Source: the human T2T-CHM13v2.0 reference genome, Homo sapiens
Direction: 5' to 3' (one strand)
Length of the DNA stretch: 64,000 nucleotides
Assembly (NCBI RefSeq): GCF_009914755.1
Contig: NC_060942.1
Shown here: piece after piece, positions 58,111 to 64,000 of the stretch
Position numbering within the stretch: position 1 is the first letter of the stretch
Layout of the letters: the number at the start of each line of letters is the position of its first letter
The notes under the pieces: generated by a model
The model's input: the letters and a program-made list of their open reading frames with translations, nothing else
The model's database searches: none
Told to the model about the DNA's origin: nothing
Translations under genes and position numbers: made by a program

Positions 58111-58639
58111 TACCTTTCATACAAGTTCATTCATTCATGGAGATCTGAACAATTTTTACAAAAGAGAGACAAATAGACTCAGATGCACTGTTTACAATTA
58201 TAAAATCATCAAGAATCCGTTACCTGCTGTCTCTTGAAATCTTCATATGATCTCTGGTGATTGTTTTCCCAAACTCGGTATCTTTAAATAATGATAATTG
58301 GAGTTGGATTGCATAACAATTTATAAACTCAATTACTTTTTTAAAAAACTTTTTGAATACGTCTTTATCCTCTCCAAGTCATGAGACTTTAGAGAAAAAA
58401 AATCCCCAGAGGGAAGAGCTATATACTGAAGACCCTTCATAAAGCATCTCATAATTCTTCAGACTTTTTTCATATTATGGTTGAAACACTGAGTTTAAAA
58501 TACCTTTCTTGTGCATTTAAACATGCATAAAAATGTATGTTTTTTACTTTAAGTGACATAGAAATGGGCCTCTTTATAGAGTATTGCAAAAAAATGTTCT
58601 ATAACGTTTAACGTAAAGAGAAAGTATTTGTTTTGACAA

Positions 58640-60061
58640 AAGAATACCTGTATGAATGAAGTGCTATACCATGTTCAAAAATGGAAAGACTTGATTTCTT
58701 AAAAAATCTACTTTCACTAAATTAACCTATAAATTTGACACATACCAAAAGTAATTGTGAATTGATTTCTTGTGGAAATCAAGCAACTGATTCTAATATA
58801 GTAGATTAAGAAATTTTTCTAGTGCAGGAAAGCAAGAAGCAGGACTTCCTATGCTATCAAGACTTACAATAAAGTGGTCTAAGTTAAAATACTGTGTTAT
58901 AAACACTCAGGAGTAAAACCAAGCATTGAAACAAAGTGGAGACCCATAGAAGGGGCACATATATGTGGATTTTCATATATGACAAAAATGGTTTTCTAAT
59001 TCAGTGAAATAAATAATTCCTAATCAAATAGGTTAATCAGTGAAAAATATGGTTTTATTCTTACCTCACACCATATATAGGAATAAATAAGAATAAATTC
59101 CAGATAAATTAAGCATCTATATGTGAAAATTAATTTTTTTAAAGGATAAAGTATAGACTAAAACCTCAGCTAGAAATGGATTTATAAAAACTAGATTTTA
59201 AAAGTTATAGAATATAAAGCAAAATTTCCCATAATTTACTACATACTATAATTATGTCCAAAAAAGAAAGCATAAATGATTAAAAATGCAAACTACATTC
59301 AAGGGAAATGTATTTACAACCACACCTATATGACAAAACATTAGAATTTACAATACATAAAGAGCTTTAACAAATCAATTAGAAAAAGATGATATCAGAC
59401 TGAAGAAAATAATAAGTAGAGTAATAGACAATTCAAACAAAATACTAGTAGCCAATAAATGTAAGAAAAGATGCTCAACAGCACTTGAAATCTCTAAATT
59501 TTCATAAAACAACAGACGCTATTTGATTCATTTGTTTGTCTAAAAAGGCAAAAGGGAAATAATTATCATTAGGCAAAAAGTATAGTGAAAACTGTTGCAG
59601 ACAAGATCCACTGATAGATGCAAAATTTAGTGGGTGAAAGTTTAAAGAGGAATAGATTTTACAAAGTTTCAAAGTAACTTCCTCAAGATATGTATTAACT
59701 ACAAAGCAAAAGAGAGTAGTTTTACAGTGGATAAACCCAGAAAAACACTACTTTAACCAAATGAACAAGGTTAACATCGCTGGTAATGACATTGACGTCA
59801 TGAATTCCTTGACACCATGCACCAAGAAAGACACATCATTTCTGTGATGTTGTTGCCAAAAATATCTCATTCCAATCAGGAAAAACACACGAGATAAACT
59901 CACATTGAAGAACATTCTACAAAATAACCAATTATTAGTATTCTTCAAAACTGTCAAGACCATGAAAGACAAGGAAAGATTGAGGAAATATTACATGTTA
60001 GAAGAGTCTAAGGAAGAACAGAAACTAAATGCAACACAGGATCCTTGCTAGAATGAAAACA

Positions 60062-60097
<36 letters not shown>

Positions 60098-60800
60098 AAG
60101 GAAAACTGGTGAAATTTGAATTAAAGTCTGTAGTTTTTTAAGTACCAAATTTTAACAGTGTTGGTTTCCTGGTTTCAATAATTAAACTATGTAAGACGTT
60201 AACATTAAATGAAGCTAGATCAGGGGGAGTATGGGAACTGTCTTTTAATATTTATGCAACTTTCCTGTAAGCCTACAATTATCTCAATATTGAAAGTAAA
60301 AATTATAAAAAGATTGTAGAGAAGCAAACATTTACTAATTGTTGGGGAGAATTTCATGAGTAATTTTATGCCATATAGTAAAATTTAATATGAGCATATT
60401 CTTTAGCCCAACAATATCCCTTCAAAGCATATTCTTTAGCAAATTATTTTCAAAGTTTTAAATTTATTCGGTGGTTAACCCAGAAATTTTAAGAATACAG
60501 TACAAAATAATGGGAGTATTGTTTTATGAATAGCAAATTTAAGTACATGTGCACAGTACCATCATGTACAATTTAGCATACAGAACACTTCTGTTTGTGT
60601 GTGTAGGTGTTTATTGGAATGTTATCCAATATAGTTCTTATTGAGGATTGTGTTAACACCACCAGTCTGAAGAAATTCTAGCACTCTTAAACAATAGGTT
60701 AGAATAAATTTAATGTTTGTGAAAGTGAAAAATTGGAAACAAATGTAGAGCTAATGAAGAATGAATAAATAAGTTGTGCCACATGTGTAGAGTAGAATAT
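58640..60800 (+). mobile_element. Old L1ME-like ORF2 3' region with an L1MC4-like 3' end (~59590-60305) containing (CA)n at ~60060-60095
   Basis: ataccatgttcaaaaatggaaagactt..., aaaagatgctcaacagcact; gcagacaagatccactgatagatgc...ccttgacaccatgcaccaagaaagacacatcatttctgtg. Confidence 0.75.
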
Positions 60801-60807
60801 TATATGC

Positions 60808-60972
60808 CAGGATCTGACGAACTATAGCCTGCTTGTCAAATTTAGCCCGCTACCTTTCTTCATAAGTTTTATTGAGACATAGCCAGTAATTCTTTCATGT
60901 ATTGTCTATAGTGCTTTTATCCTAAAATATTTACTGTCGAGGCCTTTACAAATAAAAGATTGCTGACTGCTG
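60808..60972. mobile_element. MER58A-like hAT element
   Basis: caggatctgacgaactatagcc...ctaaaatatttactgtcgaggcctttaca...ttgctgactgctg. Confidence 0.8.
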
Positions 60973-61135
60973 CTATGTAAAAATGATTAACATGTAGTTA
61001 CATGTGTTGACATCATTAAATCACCATACTATAATATTTATAGCAAAAAAGTCGCAGAATAATGTACCGTTTTAAATAATTTGAGACCATTTGAAATAGT
61101 GTGTGTGCGTATAATCTTCCTGTGAAAAACATGCA

Positions 61136-61757
61136 TGTGTTAATTTTCTATTGCTGCGTAACAAATTATCACAAACGAAGTGGCTAGAAACAAAATGCAT
61201 TTATTCTCACTCACATTTCTGTAAGAAATATGGGCATGGCATGGCTGAGTTCTCTTCTCAGTGTCTCACAAGACTGGAATCTAGACCAAGGCTAGGGTCT
61301 CATCTGTGGCTTGAGGTTCTCTTCCAAGCTCCTTCAGATGGTTGGAAGAATTTAGTTCCTTGTATTGTACATCTGAGGTCTCTGTTTTCTTGCTGCCTGT
61401 TAACTGGGTCACCCACAGCAACTAGAGGCTGTCTAGAATTTTGCTAGAGGAGTTCATTTCCACTTATGGCTGCCTCCATCTTCAAAGCCAACAATAGAGA
61501 ATCCTCCCCATGTTGACTGTCTCTCACACTTTGAATCTCTTTTCCAGAAACAGTTCTTTTAGGAACTCTCTGATTAGGTCAGGCTATTTGAGAATAAGCT
61601 TTCTTTGCTAAGGCAAGCTGATTTGGGATCTTAATTATATCGGCAGCATTCTATTACAGCAGCACCTAGATTAGTGTTTGATTGAATAACTGGGAGAAGA
61701 TGTGTGTACAACAGCGATGGGGGAATCTTAGGAGCCATCCTAGAATTCCGCCTGTCA
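61136..61757 (-). mobile_element. MLT1E-like solo LTR
   Basis: tgtgttaattttctattgctgcgtaacaaattatcacaaac...gccatcctagaattccgcctgtca; TSD atgca. Confidence 0.88.
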
Positions 61758-62889
61758 ATGCATGGAAAAAATAAATACCGTTTAATAATATTACTTACTT
61801 CAGAAGTGGAGGGAAGCAGACATATTTATTCCAAAAGGTACACAAATGTCTTGAAACATACTTGTAATATTTTCTTCTCTCAACAAAATTGAAAGCAAAT
61901 ATGGCCACTTACTAAAATGCAATTATACTCTATATTTAGTACATAGATGTACATTAGGGTATTCCTTATATTTTCATATATTTGAACTTTTTCAATTGAA
62001 TAAAAAATTTATTTGACTTGAAGTTTCACTTCAAATCCCTCCTTTCAGCTGAAGCATTCTTCAACATTTTCCTCATTCTTAAACTTTCACAATTCTCTTA
62101 CAGTTAATACCATCTTTCTTGAGTATAACATTACATGCCATAGAACGTTTTGTGCAATTTGCATGCATCAACACTAATCAATACATAAAACCTGTAAGAA
62201 AGGTAAGAATATCTGTTTGAAAAGAAAAATGTGTGGCTAAGTAAGTTGAGTTTCTGATATTCTTACAATTGGATCCATTTGGCTGAATTGAAACACTTCG
62301 TATTTTTTTACTCCATCTAATGAGTTCTTCATTGTTAGTGCAAACATCTTTCTTGTCACAAAACTCTAAATTCTTAAAGAAATACATCTTTTATGACCCT
62401 CGGCCTCTAAACAGTAATATTTATAGAGTATTTTCTCTTAAAACAAATGCTTGAACTGATTAAAGGGAGATGAATTCCTAGCACATCAGGTGAGAACATC
62501 CAGTAAAAGATTTAAATTCCTTTATAAATCTGAACAGAGTTAGTGGGGGCTGGGGGATGTGGGTTTAGATATAGAATTACATTTTGAATTTGAGTCAATG
62601 TTAAAATTCCATTCTAATTATGCTTGGAGTCATACCTACTGAAGGTTACAACTTTCCTTTAACAACAAGGAAATCCTTTGTCTTTTCTACAGGTTCACAG
62701 AGTATAGTGTTTTAGCTCTCACATTATCTCACTGCTTCACTAGAATTTCAAATACTTGATTCTCCTTAGAAACAAATGTCATGGTATTAACTGTATATAT
62801 TAATAATAATACATAATATATAATACAATTTTTGAAGCATCACAACTTCCAAATAGCATACTAAAACTCATGTCCAAAATATGTTAACC

Positions 62890-62991
62890 ATATATATATA
62901 TACACACACATATAGTTTTATATATATATATGTGTGTGTATATATATACATATATATATATATACACACATACACACACAAACACACACAC
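62890..62991 (+). repeat. Compound (TA)n/(CA)n/(TG)n microsatellite
   Basis: Read directly. Confidence 0.9.
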
Positions 62992-62995
62992 TTAT

Positions 62996-63090
62996 GTAGT
63001 GTTCCCTCATTATCCATCCATGGATCATACTTTCCAAGACCTCCAGTAGATGCCTGAAACCAGGGATAGTACTGAACCCTGTATATATCC
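62996..63090. mobile_element. MER44/Tigger7 end
   Basis: ttccaagacctccagtagatgcctgaaaccagggatagtactgaaccctgtatata. Confidence 0.85.
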
Positions 63091-64000
63091 TATACTATAT
63101 ATGTGTATATATATACTATATACTACATGTGTGTATATATATACTATATAATATATATGTGTGTATATATACTGTATACTATATATGTGTATATATACAC
63201 TATATAGACTATATATGTATGTATATATGTATATATGTATATACTATACAGTATATACAGTATATATACTATATACAGTATGCTGTATATAGTATATATA
63301 CTATATACGTATGCTGTATATAGTATATATACAGTATATATACTATATACAGTATATGTATACAGTATACAGTATACTGTATATATACTATACATTATAT
63401 ACCATAGTATATACTATATATACTATACATTATAAATAGTACATATAATGTATACTATATAGTGTATATATACCATATACTATATAGTGTATATATACCA
63501 TATACTATATAGTGTATAAATACTGTATATACTATATAGTATATATAGTATATATAGTACTATATAGTGAATATATAGTATATACTATACTATATATACA
63601 CTATATAGTACTATATATACTATATATACACTATATAGTATATATACACTATATAGTATATATACACTATATACAGTATATATACTATAAATACTATATA
63701 TACATTATACTGTATACAGTATATACTATATAGTATAATGTATATACAGTATAGTATATAGTATACTATATACTATACTATATATAGTATATATACTATA
63801 TATGCTATACATTATATACTATAGTATATACTATATATGCTATACATTATATACTATAGTATATACTATATATGCTATACATTATATACTATAGTATATA
63901 CTATATATGCTATACATTATATACTATAGTATATACTATATATGCTATACATTATATACTATAGTATATACTATATATACTATACATTATATATAGTATA
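63081..64000. repeat. AT-rich low-complexity expansion ending in a 35-bp minisatellite
   Basis: Unit TATGCTATACATTATATACTATAGTATATACTATA repeated exactly five times from 63801 to 63975, plus a variant partial copy; runs off the window. Confidence 0.95.

Noticed and set aside
63129-63733. Tyr/Ile-rich ORFs and a CRISPR-like regular array
   Set aside because: TA-rich simple repeat; units are tandem with no unique spacers and the context is eukaryotic

Overview
Repeat-rich primate (hominoid, human-like) intergenic or intronic DNA. I find no intact protein-coding gene or convincing spliced exon, and no CRISPR or prokaryote-type system. Nearly all ORF-track entries come from LINE-1, Alu, LTR or simple-repeat sequence. 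Main non-routine content: (1) a processed IBTK pseudogene (~23785-25850) whose 5' ~250 bp is inverted, a twin-priming signature; (2) a 4.1 kb LINE-1 (5233-9378, minus) that looks chimeric (L1PA2-like 5' part, L1PA4/5-like 3' end, RT domain missing, no TSD) but keeps its 5'UTR, antisense promoter region and an open ORF0; (3) several old local templated copies, some inverted, made from DNA 0.2-4 kb away (around 11-13 kb and 42-47 kb); (4) a 5S rRNA pseudogene; (5) a palindromic 35-bp AT-rich minisatellite growing out of a MER44/Tigger7 element. Repeat family names are from recalled consensus sequences, not a database run, and boundaries of old elements are approximate.
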